Shown here piece after piece: positions 25,951-38,849 of a stretch of DNA of 60,589 nt. Source of the stretch: Octopus bimaculoides (Eukaryota); assembly GCF_001194135.2 (NCBI RefSeq), contig NC_068999.1, positions 38,789,377-38,849,965 of the forward strand, read 5' to 3'. Each line of letters opens with the position of its first letter. The stretch's first letter is position 1. Both the position numbers and the translations under genes were made by a program. The notes beneath the pieces were generated by a model. It saw only the letters and a list, made by a program, of their open reading frames with translations. It had not been told where the DNA came from and ran no database searches.

Positions 25951-26743
25951 ACTTGTACATAGGCACAAGTATCTATGTGTACCAAATATTTACATGTTCC
26001 CACATTTATCTATGTATATTAAGGCTGAACTGCAAATAATCAAACATCAAACTAGTCTCCCCCTCTCTCTCTCTCTCTTTCACTCTCTGTCTCTGTCTGT
26101 CTGTCTCTCTCCCTCTCTCCCAAATGTTGATGCAGTTGAGGAATCTTAGGTGATATCCGAACCTTAATTTTATGTATTTAGTCTTCGAATAGAATTTATT
26201 GAGTAAAGTAAATATCATATATAAAATAAGAAATGTCTTATCTGACCACGTTTTCTTTCAGACTCGCAAATGGTTAAATTAAGATATACATTCATATCAC
26301 ATATATGCATATGTTAGCATTTTAATTATAAATATAAGTAGCTATATTTTAAATAAACTTCTATTTATGCACAGAATTAAATAAAGTATTCCAAGTTTGG
26401 TTTAAATTAAAATACATTAATAGTTTATTTAAATGGGTAATGCAGTTGAATTGCATATATGCTAACACAGACACTGTTCTACATATAATTAACTTATTAT
26501 GTATAATATATATATATATATATATATANNNNNNNNNNNNNNNNNNNNNNNNNNNNNNNNNNNNNNNNNNNNNNNNNNNNNNNNNNNNNNNNNNNNNNNN
26601 NNNNNNNNNNNNNNNNNNNNNNNNNNNNNNNNNNNNNNNNNNNNNNNNNNNNNNNNNNNNNNNNNNNNNNNNNNNNNNNNNNNNNNNNNNNNNNNNNNNN
26701 NNNNNNNNNNNNNNNNNNNNNNNNNNNNNNNNNNNNNNNNNNN

Positions 26744-26788
<45 letters not shown>

Positions 26789-28166
26789 TCGTATATTATT
26801 TTATATAATATCATTTATAAAGTGTTACACATAGTTGGAGTTAAATTAAATATGTTTTGCCTCAAAATAGAGAGACATGAATAATTTAAAGTGTCCATGT
26901 AAAAAAAAAAAAAATCCAATGAAATATGCTTACAGTATGCTTACATAGAGACATCTCTTCATACACTTATGTGCCTATGTGTGTGTGTGTGTACATACTT
27001 ACACACACATAGACATATACATACATATGTATTTACATGTAGATATATCCTACACACCAAACTAGGCTCACAATTAATTAAATGACTATGTCTGCATGCA
27101 TAGATATTTCACACTATTTATTTATATAGTATAACAATTATTTATACACAAAATATGTTGAATAACTTTTTTTTTTACATCAGAAAACAAATTCAATTTG
27201 ACAAATGATTAAATTTGTGATGGATGAATTACATATATGTTTACAGACTTGTTGTGACTTTTACAAAGAGAATTGCTTGGTTTCACAACTATTGTTACCA
27301 AAGAAGCATACAGTCTCAGAAATGGTTTAAAATATTTCGAAACTTATTTGTTTGTTTGTTTATTTTTTGTCTACAGAAATTCTGAAATTTATGAAAATGG
27401 ATACATGGTGTCCAGAAAAAATGTCAACGGATAAAAAAAGTGCCATTTTATTTATGACTTGACACACATGTGATGGAAAAACAAGCCTTTTCTTCTGTTT
27501 CTTAAGCAAATTCAGACCTTGAGACAAAAAGAAATGCTGGTAGACTACATAAAGTACAAAAGTATGACACTGGACTTTAAGTAGGATAAATACATTAAAA
27601 CGAATGTTAAGTGTGTCTTTTGCTTTTCGTTCTCCTTCCGGTACTATTTAAGACTTTGCAAAATGTGATAGGATTAGTTTGATAGGAAAAACTTTAACTT
27701 TTTGTTGGCTTTCATCTACGTCTGCAGATATAGGAAGAAGATCTACATTAAAACTAGGTCCAGCTGTTGAATTTGTATGTAAACACAGAGACAACATGCT
27801 ACAGCCAACCAGTTCACAAATAAATTATCATCTTCCTTTGGGGATTATTAAGATTAATTAAAGCAAGTTAATTAACATTTTATGGTGAATTTTATAGACA
27901 TAAAACAACACAGCTTAGAAGTTTTGTAGATATTAGGAGATTGCACATGGATTATTTAAGTAATACTTTATGAGCCAATAAAGGAACTTGTGATTATTAA
28001 GTCTAATTAAACAGATTTAATTACCATTAAATAATATATTTTATGAACAATAAAACACCACACTGTAGAATTTTTTAAGACATTTGATGATTCCATAACG
28101 TTTTCTGTGATCCCTTCTATTATGTATCTAAGGATATTGTTTACATATATATTCAACAACTTTACA

Positions 28167-28199
<33 letters not shown>

Positions 28200-28900
28200 C
28201 ACACATGTATGTGTGTATGTGTAACATGCTACATTCATCCAGTTTAAAATAATCATTTTACATAAGTGTCTACAAAGACCGAATAACTGATTTAACTGTT
28301 TAGAATATTTTATCAAAGAATAAAAAGCCATCCTTTAGAATTTTTGCCGACATTCTTGGAGTCCACCATGTTGATTTTAAATGGTCCTCTTTGTTTTGTA
28401 ATTACGATTATTGTTGGCATACACGTATTTGACAACTTTGCCAGAACATGTTGATGAAATTAATACCACATACAAGCTGCCAAACAGATATCCTTCATTT
28501 GAGAGATAATTTATTATTAATTACAAGGAATAACACAGTAACAATTATCAGTGAAATTACTTTGAATGAAGCAGGGATTATAAAGTTTGAAGTGTAATTA
28601 GTAGAAGGTCAAACTAATGAGAGAAAAGTATGAAACATTTAGAAGGATTGCAGTGCATGATATAATAAAGATTACCAATGCAAATATCCGTATTAGACGT
28701 GTAATTGTTGGTTGTAGTAAACAATGTCATTACTGACAGGGTTTTTAATGTAATTAGTTTAAAAGAAGATAAAAAGTGCATCTTGTTGCTTCATTCATTC
28801 AATTTGGCTGGTTTAATGTCAGTGAAGTTATTTACATTCATTTCTTCGGCTACAGCACATTGTTTGCTTATCTCATTTAATAAACATTAATTGTTGTTAT

Positions 28901-29098
28901 GGCTCCTGTGCTGGTGGCACGTAAAAATCACCTGCTACACTCTCAGAGTGGTTGGTGTTAGGAAGGGCATCTAGCTGTAGAAATCTTGCCGGATCAGATT
29001 GGAGCCTGGTGTGGCCTCCTGGCTTGCCAGTCCTTGGTCAAAGAGTCCAACCCATGCCAGCATGGAAAGCAGACGTTAAACAATGATAATAATAATGA
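28901..29098 (+). mobile_element. RTE 3' UTR (family B)
   Basis: GGCACGTAAAAATCACC..GGAAGGGCATCTAGCTGTAG..CCCATGCCAGCATGGAAAGCAGACGTTAAACAATGAT. Confidence 0.85.
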
Positions 29099-29469
29099 CT
29101 GAATATTCCAGAATATCTTACCAAATGCCTTCATTTCCTGTAACAATATTTCCCAGAAAATTTACAAGCAATTTTAATGACTTCTCTGAGAAGATGCTGT
29201 TGTTAATATGATCTAGAACAGTATCAATGTTATAACTTTGCAATAAGAATGTTAAGATGATAGGTGAGGTGTATCAATATCACCCTAATATGGTAACAAC
29301 CGGAACCTCCAGAATGATGATTTTACATGATTTCTTTACAAAAATGTTTCCTCCAATTATCTGCAATCTGGAACGGGGATGGGCATTTATAAGGAATCTA
29401 CACTATTACCATCTCAACTTCAAATTGGTCTTTTATTCTCTGGCTCTATGTTTGTGTGTGTGTGTGTTC

Positions 29470-29842
29470 CTTCTTTTATCTTATTTGTTGTTTCAGTCCT
29501 TGACCTGTGACCACCCTGGGGCCAGAGAGCATTTGGTCAAACATACCAATCTCAGTATTCATTCTTTAAGTCTGATGCTTATTCTGTTGGTTTCTTTACC
29601 AAATTGCTAAATTACATGGAATATAAACGAAGCAACACTGTTAAGCATTAGGTAGAACAAACACACACATATACATATATGTGTGTGTGCATATATGTAT
29701 ACACGCATACATGATGGGCTTCTTTCAGTTTCCATCCTTCAGATCCACTCACAACACTTGGGTGAGCCTGGGGTCATGCAGTGAGACTGAACCTGGAACC
29801 ATGAGGTTGAAAGCAAACTTCCTACCTTACAGCTATGCTTAC
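29470..29842 (-). mobile_element. SINE family A, full length, old
   Basis: Tail TTCTTTTATCTT..TTTCAGTC, internal (CA)(TA)(TG) tract, GGGCTTCTTTCAGTTTCC, head ACCTTACAGCTATGC. Confidence 0.65.
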
Positions 29843-30534
29843 TATACACACTCACATGAGATATGATCCTTGGAAATATGCATTTTGTCTTGTCTGAGAA
29901 TAAAATTCATATCTCTGTATATGCTTCTATTGTTCATTTGAGCAATAACCCAAGTATACTTCAAACTGCCATACATTTCAATATATTTTGAGTTGCAATC
30001 ATTTTTCTGTCTATTCCTGCCTACCATAGGTTTTTTTTTATGCATTTCAGCCATCTTAACTTTTCCAGTAGAAAACAAGAAAGTAAAAGTTGTTGGCACT
30101 GGAACTGTTTTACTGTTTTAATCAGCTTAACAATATATTGTTCACAAATTAACTGTATTTAGCTGAAGCTAAATTAACTAACATTACATTGAAGATATTG
30201 AGGGATTGTGTACACACTGTTCCCACTTGCTTTCCTTCTGTCTTAAATAGGAACACATCAGATACAGCTGTTAAAATGTAAGATTGTCACAGAATGTTAG
30301 TTTGTTGGAGCAGGATTAACCTTATCTCAAGAACAACAGTAAAGCAAGACTTGCATTAATATATTAATGTACTAACAATATTTGGAAAGCTGTGTCTATT
30401 TATTCGACAAAAGATAAGTTTATTCAACAAAGAGAGATGTCTGCCAGTTGGATTTTAGGAGTTTGTATCAACCAAAGTTCCTGTGAATGCATGCAAGCAC
30501 TTAAACACATTTTCAGGCTCCAATTGACTGTTTT

Positions 30535-30700
30535 GATAAGCAGTGCCATCTCCTTCAACGGATTTGGGATTTGTCTGTGTTCCTACTTACTAGGACTTTG
30601 GTCTTGCTAAACTATCTCTTAGGTCCTTAGATTCCTGACTTTGTTTCCACACCTGAAATTTCTTCTCTAGTTCTGGTAGTGATTCAGCTTTAAGAACAAG
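30535..30700 (-). mobile_element. RTE LINE RT fragment just downstream of the YADD motif
   Basis: Translates LVLKAESLPELEKKFQVWKQSQESKDLRDSLAKTKVLVSRNTDKSQIR*RRWHC, matching the RTE pattern (YADD)L.L.AES..EL..K...WK..LES.GL.VN..KTKV. Not in the ORF track. Confidence 0.8.
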
Positions 30701-31682
30701 GCCCTTACACACAATGTGTCCTCAGTTTATTCATTTTAGTTTTGACAATATAAGGGGATCTTCCGCAAACTGACATCTTTAAAATTCCTTATAATATTAC
30801 CATTAGTGCGCTTTAAAATAACTGAGAGAAATTTTTATGGTGTAAAGAGCAGAAGACAAAAGAAAAAAAAATTATATTTTAATGTATTTTATTTTATTTT
30901 AAGAAAATGTTAACTTATCTGAGAACGTCTGTTTCAGCAAATAATTTACACTGCAAACATTTGCAAAGAACAGAAAAAAATGCAAAAATTTGACCTCATC
31001 AGCTGAAAAACTACTACTACTACTACTACTGCTGCTGCTGCCACTACTACTTTCCTTTGCTTTTTTAAATATTCTACCTTTTCTCCATCTTTTCCCCAAC
31101 ATGTACACATCCCCTTAATTTAGCCTTTAATTCTTCTTCTTCTTCTCATCATCATCACTATCATCTTTTAATTCTTCTCCTTCACCTTCTTCTCCACCAC
31201 CACCACCACAACCATCATCATCCTCATCATCATCATTTTTCACTTTCATCTGTTGCAAGCTTTTCAGGATTCAGTTAAAGTTATATTATTTTAAAAGGTA
31301 TCTCACCAACTTTAAATCAAGCAGAATTAAGATAATAAATAAATAACAAGCCCCAAAAAGAACAAACACATAAAACAAAACAAAAAATAAACACAAGAAT
31401 ATGACCAAAAAAAAAAAAGGAAACGAAATGAAATGAAAGGGTGATGTCGGAATTTTTTCATCGTGAAATAATTGTGATTTAACCATAAAGATAATTTTTA
31501 AATTATTTAAACAATGAAGAAACTTAAAACTAAAAGACATCTAAACACCACCACCACCACCACAAATATTACTAAAAGAGTTAAAGCAAGCAAAAGCAAC
31601 ACAAATAATTCTTTGGTGCCTTTTTTAAAAAGAAATTATTCCTTGAGATCTCTGGTTTTCTTTCTTTTCATTGTTTTTATTG

Positions 31683-31723
<41 letters not shown>

Positions 31724-32454
31724 GTTGTTGTTATAGTTATTTTGTGTGTGTGTGTGTGTGTATTAAGAATAACTGTATAATATTAATTATTTTGTTTGTT
31801 AGGTATTGTTTCTTTTTTACTTTCAGCAAATTGCATCCAGTTAATAATCTCTAATAATACTAGTAATCACAACAACAACAATTACAATAATAATAATGTT
31901 ATTAATAATGATGATACTAATGATAATAATAATAATAATGATAATGGTAATGATAATCGTAATAGTAATAATAACAATTGAACCAGAATATAGCTCTATC
32001 GTTATGTGACGTTCATAATGAAAGAGAGAGACCTATAAAAATTGAAAAAAAAAATTGAAAAATTAAAATTGACGAAAACAATGAAAAAAAAATGTTGAAA
32101 TACATATAAAAGTCATCTTGATGTGTTGTTAGAACTCTTAATACGAAGACATTTTTTCTTTATGTCCTGAAATTAATGTCATAATTCAGTAGAATTTAAA
32201 GAAAACACAAAATACAGTAGAAGAAAAGACAAAGAACCGTAAAAGAGTGATTTCTGAGTTTTGTTTGCTTCCTTATTATTTTGTTGTTGTCTTGTCGTTC
32301 TTGTTCTTTTTTTTTTTCCTCATTGACTATTCCAAAAATCATAACGGTAGCCACTTTAGCTTCTTGGTTCATCAAGAATATCTCTTTAAAATTACTCACG
32401 CTTTTTACAGTTTTGTGTGTGTGGCTTTGCAAATACATACATACATACATTTAT

Positions 32455-32489
<35 letters not shown>

Positions 32490-32815
32490 NNNNNNNNNNN
32501 NNNNNNNNNNNNNNNNNNNNNNNNNNNNNNNNNNNNNNNNNNNNNNNNNNNNNNNNNNNNNNNNNNNNNNNNNNNNNNNNNNNNNNNNNNNNNNNNNNNN
32601 NNNNNNNNNNNNNNNNNNNNNNNNNNNNNNNNNNNNNNNNNNNNNNNNNNNNNNNNNNNNNNNNNNNNNNNNNNNNNNNNNNNNNNNNNNNNNNNNNNNN
32701 NNNNNNNNNNNNNNNNNNNNNNNNNNNNNNNNNNNNNNNNNNNNNNNNNNNNNNNNNNNNNNNNNNNNNNNNNNNNNNNNNNNNNNNNNNNNNNNNNNNN
32801 NNNNNNNNNNNNNNN

Positions 32816-32868
<53 letters not shown>

Positions 32869-33698
32869 CTAGATAGAGAAAGAGATGTTTACATACAAAC
32901 ATACATATATATGTATGTATAAATTTTTATATTTGTTTTCTTTCAAAAATTTTTGTGCATAAAATATATATTTCAGAGAAGCCATTATAAAGTAAAAAAA
33001 AGACGTTCATTAGTTTCCAAATATGAAATCCATATAAAATCTAATATAGGCTTTTAATACATAGTTAACATTTTATTTGGTAGTAAATAAAACTGGATGT
33101 GCTATTATTTTTATTTTCATAAAATTAAAAATAAATCACTCTTGACATTTACCTACAAAACCTTCACACACACATGCATGCATACATGAATTCATACATA
33201 GATACATACATTTATATATATATGTGTATGTACATAATACATACACACACACACACATATATATACACACACATGCACATATATTGTGTGTTGTTGATGT
33301 TCAATATAATTAAGAATATATAGATATATATTCAATGTATATATAAATATATACTACATATGTGTATTTATATACATGTATATACCCACATGTATTATAT
33401 ATATATAGATAGGTATGTTTATATTTATATTATATATACATGCATACATGTATGTATATATGCACAAACACACACATTGTGTATATATATATGAGTGTAT
33501 GTGTTATATGTATGTCTATGTGTGTATATATATATATATACACATATATGTATGTATGTATATATATACATGTATGTATATATTCATACATATATGTCTG
33601 CATATACATATATTTATAGGGCTATATGCATACAAGCATGACATTATTTATATTATAATACATGTATTCACATGTGTGTATGTATATGTATATATGTA

Positions 33699-33733
<35 letters not shown>

Positions 33734-34143
33734 GATATCTGTGTTTGTGTATACATGTGTATTATATAAATAATTATGTGTGTATGTTTCTCTGTCTCTC
33801 TCTATATATATTATATACACACACACACTTTCATAATATTTCCTCTATTAGATTGGGTCATTTTCTTTTCACGTTTCCATCACATTGCTATAACATCTCT
33901 TTTGCTTCTCCTGCTCCTCCTTATATGATAGCCTCACTGTGAAAGAGTGTGGCAGGTAGATAAGTGACTGGAAGAATACAAACATTTCTTTTGCACAAAC
34001 CTAAATTTATTTAAAGATTCCTGGAAGTGATTACAATATCTTGTTAACTGCTTTATGTCAGCACACATCTATATTTTAACTCAGAGGAGAAATAATCATA
34101 TCTAACCACCAATAATTATAATAATTATTGTAGCATCAGCAAC

Positions 34144-34197
<54 letters not shown>

Positions 34198-34244
34198 GAT
34201 GATGATAGCGGTAGTGTTAGAGGTTTCTAACAGTTGTATACAGA

Positions 34245-34419
34245 ATGGTATGTAATTTTCAAATTTCTAGCTGAGTGAATGGCATCATGAGTCTGTTTTG
34301 CTCACAGGCAGTGCCCAACTGACCCTACTATACTGTGTAGACGACAAAATCAAAAACAAACAAAGTGCATGCACTAAATTAAAAATATATATTAGCGATA
34401 ATTTACCCACCGCACCCTG
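34245..34419 (-). mobile_element. 5' end fragment of a maT-like transposon (TIR plus leader)
   Basis: Reverse strand TA-CAGGGTGCGGTGGGTAAATT resembles the TIR at 1022. 34262-34316 aligns with 1732-1784, with the same ~100-bp spacing to the element end. Confidence 0.7.
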
Positions 34420-34433
34420 TATATATATATATA

Positions 34434-34960
34434 TCATCATCATCATACTAGCATGGGTTAGATGGTTTGACTGTAAGTGGCATGTTTGGAAAGCTGCACC
34501 AGGATCCAGACTTTGGCTCGGTTTCTACAGATAGATGCCCTTTCTAATACCAACCATCCAAGAGTCTAGTGGGCGCCCTTTACATGTTCCCAGTATGAAT
34601 GCTGTTACGTGTCACTGACAGTCTACGATTACGGTTCCACTTGGCTTGATGAGCCTTCTCAAGTGCAGCAAATTGCCAAAAGTCATGATCACTTGCTATT
34701 GCCTCCATGAGACTCCTCATTGGAAGATCATGCTTCACCACGTCGTTCCATGTCTTCCTGTGTAAACCTCTTCTTCAGGTTCCCTCCACATTTAGAACCT
34801 GACACTTCTTTACACAAATGTCCTCGTAAATATGCATCACATGATCATACCAGCAGTCATCTCTCTTGCCTCTTCTGGCCAGTGTGCATCTATGCTCTGT
34901 CGTATATGCACACTGATATTGCACATCCAGCAAAACATACCTGGTTTGTTTCTTTCAAGA
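34434..34960 (-). mobile_element. 5'-truncated RTE LINE: ORF C-terminus, 3' UTR, (GAT)n tail
   Basis: Frameshifted translation LERNKPGMFCWMCNISVH..WYDHVM..EDICVKKCQVLNVEG..RKTWNDVVKHDL, followed by the family B 3' UTR. Confidence 0.85.
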
Positions 34961-34988
34961 CCTCTCTCTCTCTTTCTCCCCCTCTCTC

Positions 34989-35046
<58 letters not shown>

Positions 35047-35053
35047 AAGTTAA

Positions 35054-36281
35054 TTGCAGAATAAAACCGTTAGGTCATCGACTCAATATTCATGTATACA
35101 TAACACAAGATTTGAAAATAAGTTGGCAGGTTTACCACCCGACCATATTGCGTCCGATTGGTGTGGAGGTAAAATTTTTTTTAGTAGTTACCGTAGTAAA
35201 CAATCTTTTAGAAACGGGACTAGGAACAATGGAAATATAAATAAAAATAGGAATAAATACAAAAACATAAATAAAGATATGGACACTTTAAATAAGCCTA
35301 CGATACGGGAAAATCCTAATATGGGAATATTTAAAACAAAGGTTTCGCGATCCAGAATAAGAGAAGTAATCTGGTTCGCCCCCCCCCTTTTTTCCCTCAG
35401 GGTAAGAAACTTACCAAAAATGTTTTTTAGGATCTTAGAAAATAATTTTCCTAAGGACCACAAATACAGTATTTGTAACAGGTCTTCCATTAAGTGTTCC
35501 TACTCTGGAATGCCAAATTTAGCATCCATTATTGCCTCTTTAAATAGGAATAAAATAAATAAGTTAAAGCTATGTGAATGTCCGCCTCAGGAAAACCCTG
35601 TTTCTAATAAAACCAACTGTAAACCACATGTCGATAGTGGAACGGGCTCTTCATTCCCTCGGATTATGCCTAAATCTGGGAATGAGATAAGTGGAATGGT
35701 TGATAAGAATAAATTTCTGAGGGTGGTTAATGATGTTGGAAATGACTTTAAGGGTGGCGTAAAAAATTATGTAATTGTAGGGACCCTTCTTTATGTTCTC
35801 GGCGGACTTTGTTTGTCCACAAACGTAGTGTATAAATGCGTAGTTAGAGACGAGGACAAACAAAATAAGTTTTATATTGGAAGTTCAGTGAATTTTAAAG
35901 CCAGGTATAGGGCGCACATGAGTTCCTTTTCTAATAAGAAATATTATAATTCCACAACACTCGCCTCTTACCTGCATGACCTCAAGAGGAGGAATAAGAA
36001 GTACTATCTTGAATGGTCAATCTTATCTAGAACCCCCCAATTTAGGGCTAATATTAGCAAGTGCTTATTATGCATTAGGGAATCCCTTTCCATTCTTAGG
36101 TCTTTTTGGGCCGAAGACCTTGAATAAGTTTATCGAGGTAATCCCTTTTTGCAATCATAAATTTTCCTCCGCCTTCCTAAAACTATATAAAAATAGAAAT
36201 ACGAACAAAAATAATAGTATTAGTAGTGGTAATAATGGTAGTAATGGTGATAGTAATGGTAATGATAGAAGTAAAAATTAA
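35054..36281 (+). pseudogene. Penelope-like (Naiad-like) linker plus GIY-YIG endonuclease, frameshifted
   Basis: Motifs RIREVIWFAPP, NFPKDHKY..CNRSSIKCSYSGMPN, hidden KLCNCRDPSLC..GLC, VVY..YIG, FKARYRAH, YLHDLK, CLLCIRE, and (after a +1 T at 36103-36107) LNKFIE..CNH. Confidence 0.88.
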
Positions 36282-37186
36282 AATAAAAAGACAAAAATAT
36301 TGATATAAAAAAAATAATACAAATATGGATACAATGGTAGTATTTATTTTTTATTTATTTTTCATCATGGCTTACGTTGGATTTGAAATCTAATAGTTTT
36401 TAGTTACCAAACCTGCCTGACTATTCTAAAGGGTATACTAAAAATTAGATTTTTTTTTTCTTGGTCTAGTCCATATTATTATTTATTTAAGCTTGCTCTC
36501 ATAATTATAATTTTTTTTTTGACTGGTGACTTCGTTGATGTCTGTGTGTCTTTTTTTACCCTGAAGAAGGAGTTATCACTAATTTGTGCTCTGCTGTGCC
36601 CTAAATACGGTGATATACCCCCGAAATGGCCGTAGGTGTTCTGTGTTTGTGTTCCACCTATACTTGTAATCCACTGTAAATGATGTTTACGGTTTGACTT
36701 TACTGATGTTACCTGCGGAATGGTGAAATATGGATTTTACTTTGCCACACTTTGGATGTTCTGTTGTTGCTTTGTCCTGTGCACTTCGGTATTCCTGTTT
36801 ATGAAATTGGATTTTACCTACTAAATTTGCTGTCATGAGGGAGGTAGTTGAACTTTCGTACTATTTATCTTGAACTTCTTTTATTGGCCTCAGCGAATGA
36901 ACTGTTGTGCTACGTCTCCCTATGTATTATTTTTTTTGTCTATATTTTTTCTATATATATATATATATATATTTATTCTACTATATTTATACCGGTCTCT
37001 ATTTAATCAACTTTTAATCGCAGTTTATTTATATCATTCTATTGTATTTTTAATCGATTTTTATTCTTATGTATAAAAATTTTGACTTCCCTTTACTAAT
37101 TTGGTTTTGTGGTCTATGTTGTACTTCTTATATGTGGTCAATGATGGGCTACGGATTTTTGAGTCGATGACCTAACGGTTTTTTTC
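35059..37186 (+). mobile_element. Penelope-like element derivative (GIY-YIG endonuclease, hammerhead, no recognisable RT) bounded by an inverted repeat
   Basis: PLE linker and endonuclease motifs, a downstream hammerhead at 36557, and a 24-bp perfect inverted repeat at 35063-35086 / 37159-37182. Confidence 0.75.
36557..36638 (+). ncRNA. Type I hammerhead ribozyme in the PLE 3' region
   Basis: TACC-CTGAAGA-AGGAGTTATCAC-(30 nt)-GTGATATACCCCC-GAAA-TGGCCG-TA-GGTG. Stem I ACC/GGT, long stem II (TATCAC/GTGATA), near-palindromic stem III, GUA triplet; predicted cleavage after 36634. Confidence 0.8.
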
Positions 37187-38199
37187 AGTGACCTTATTTC
37201 TACAGGAACAGACATAAACTTCCTGTTGAAAAATAGTTCATTACTCCAACTAAAAAGATTTGACTCCCCTTACACACACTTCCTGTTTTGACACCACACT
37301 TCCTGCTTAACACAAACTTTTAGCCTCTTTTCTCTTTTTTTAAAACCTAACACAACTCTCAATTTTCATGCATCCTTATTTTTCTAACCATTATCTACAT
37401 GGATTACCATTGAACTTTAAAAGCTCAAAGACAATATAATGTATTGGTATATTTATTTTTTTATATATTATTTTTTTTATATATTATTTTTTTTCCATTT
37501 TTTGCTTATTTGTAAAAAACATTTTAATTCTCCCTCTTCTTGATAATTTGCCATGCAATGAAAGCCGGTTAGAAATCTTTCTTAAAATATGCTTCCAGTT
37601 TAGCATTCTGCCTTATTATTATTTTTCATTTTCTTATTATTTCTCCACGTGTGGTTAACACAACCCCACTATTTACTGACTTATATATATATAGAAAGAT
37701 AACCCATGCCTGCATGGAAAACGACGACGACGATGATGATGATGATGATTTACAATTATAAATGTTTATATTCATATATACATATATTAATGCATACGTA
37801 TACATACACACATGCAGACACACACATATACTCACACACACATACACGCATACATACACACACAGAGACACAATGTGAAATCATGAGCTGAAACTTCATT
37901 GTTATTCTTTCTGATCTACTTACAGTGGAATTAAGCACATGTACTGATTGTACTTCAATTCAGTTAGATTGTAAGTTAATTAACTAACTAATAAATTAAT
38001 TAATCAAATGTGTGTCCTTTATCAATGTTGATGCAGCACTTGCGGACTTTTTGTGCTGTTATATAATGTGTGCATTGTTTGCATCAGCTTACAAAAGATT
38101 ATATATATATATATATATATATAGCACATCGTATATATATATATATATGTGTGTGTGTGGGAAGGTATGTGTGTGTGTGTGTGTGTGTGGGAAGGTATG

Positions 38200-38406
38200 T
38201 TTGTGTGTCTGTATTTGTGTCCCCAACATCGCTTGACAACCGATGCTGGTGTATTTATGTCCCTGTAATTTATCAGTTCGGCAAAAGAGACTGAAAGAAT
38301 AAGTACTAGGCTTACAAAAAATAAGTTCTGGGGTCAATTTGTTGCTTGACTAAAGGTGGTGCTCCAGCATGGCTGCAGTCAAATGACTGAAACAAGTAAA
38401 AGAATA
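38200..38406 (+). mobile_element. SINE family A, 3' half
   Basis: CCCCAACATCGCTTGACAACCGATG..GGTGCTCCAGCATGGCTGCAGTCAAATGACTGAAACAAGTAAAAGAATA. Confidence 0.85.
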
Positions 38407-38849
38407 TATANNNNNNNNNNNNNNNNNNNNNNNNNNNNNNNNNNNNNNNNNNNNNNNNNNNNNNNNNNNNNNNNNNNNNNNNNNNNNNNNNNNNNNNNNN
38501 NNNNNNNNNNNNNNNNNNNNNNNNNNNNNNNNNNNNNNNNNNNNNNNNNNNNNNNNNNNNNNNNNNNNNNNNNNNNNNNNNNNNNNNNNNNNNNNNNNNN
38601 NNNNNNNNNNNNNNNNNNNNNNNNNNNNNNNNNNNNNNNNNNNNNNNNNNNNNNNNNNNNNNNNNNNNNNNNNNNNNNNNNNNNNNNNNNNNNNNNNNNN
38701 NNNNNNNNNNNNNNNNNNNNNNNNNNNNNNNNNNNNNNNNNNNNNNNNNNNNNNNNNNNNNNNNNNNNNNNNNNNNNNNNNNNNNNNNNNNNNNNNNNNN
38801 NNNNNNNNNNNNNNNNNNNNNNNNNNNNNNNNNNNNNNNNNNNNNNNNN

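Noticed and set aside
27630-27830. Minus-strand open stretch GPSFNVDLLPISADVDESQQKVKVFPIK, a possible terminal exon
   Set aside because: No recognisable homology, and its length is compatible with chance.
35188-35863. Minus-strand ORFs of 100 and 70 aa
   Set aside because: Antisense to the PLE ORF, with no motifs.
36702-36740. CTGATGT..ACC/GGT..GAAA second hammerhead candidate
   Set aside because: A9 is missing and there is no valid stem III, NUH or stem I.
36836-36852. TGAGGGAGGTAGTTG, let-7-like
   Set aside because: The seed is mismatched and there is no precursor hairpin.
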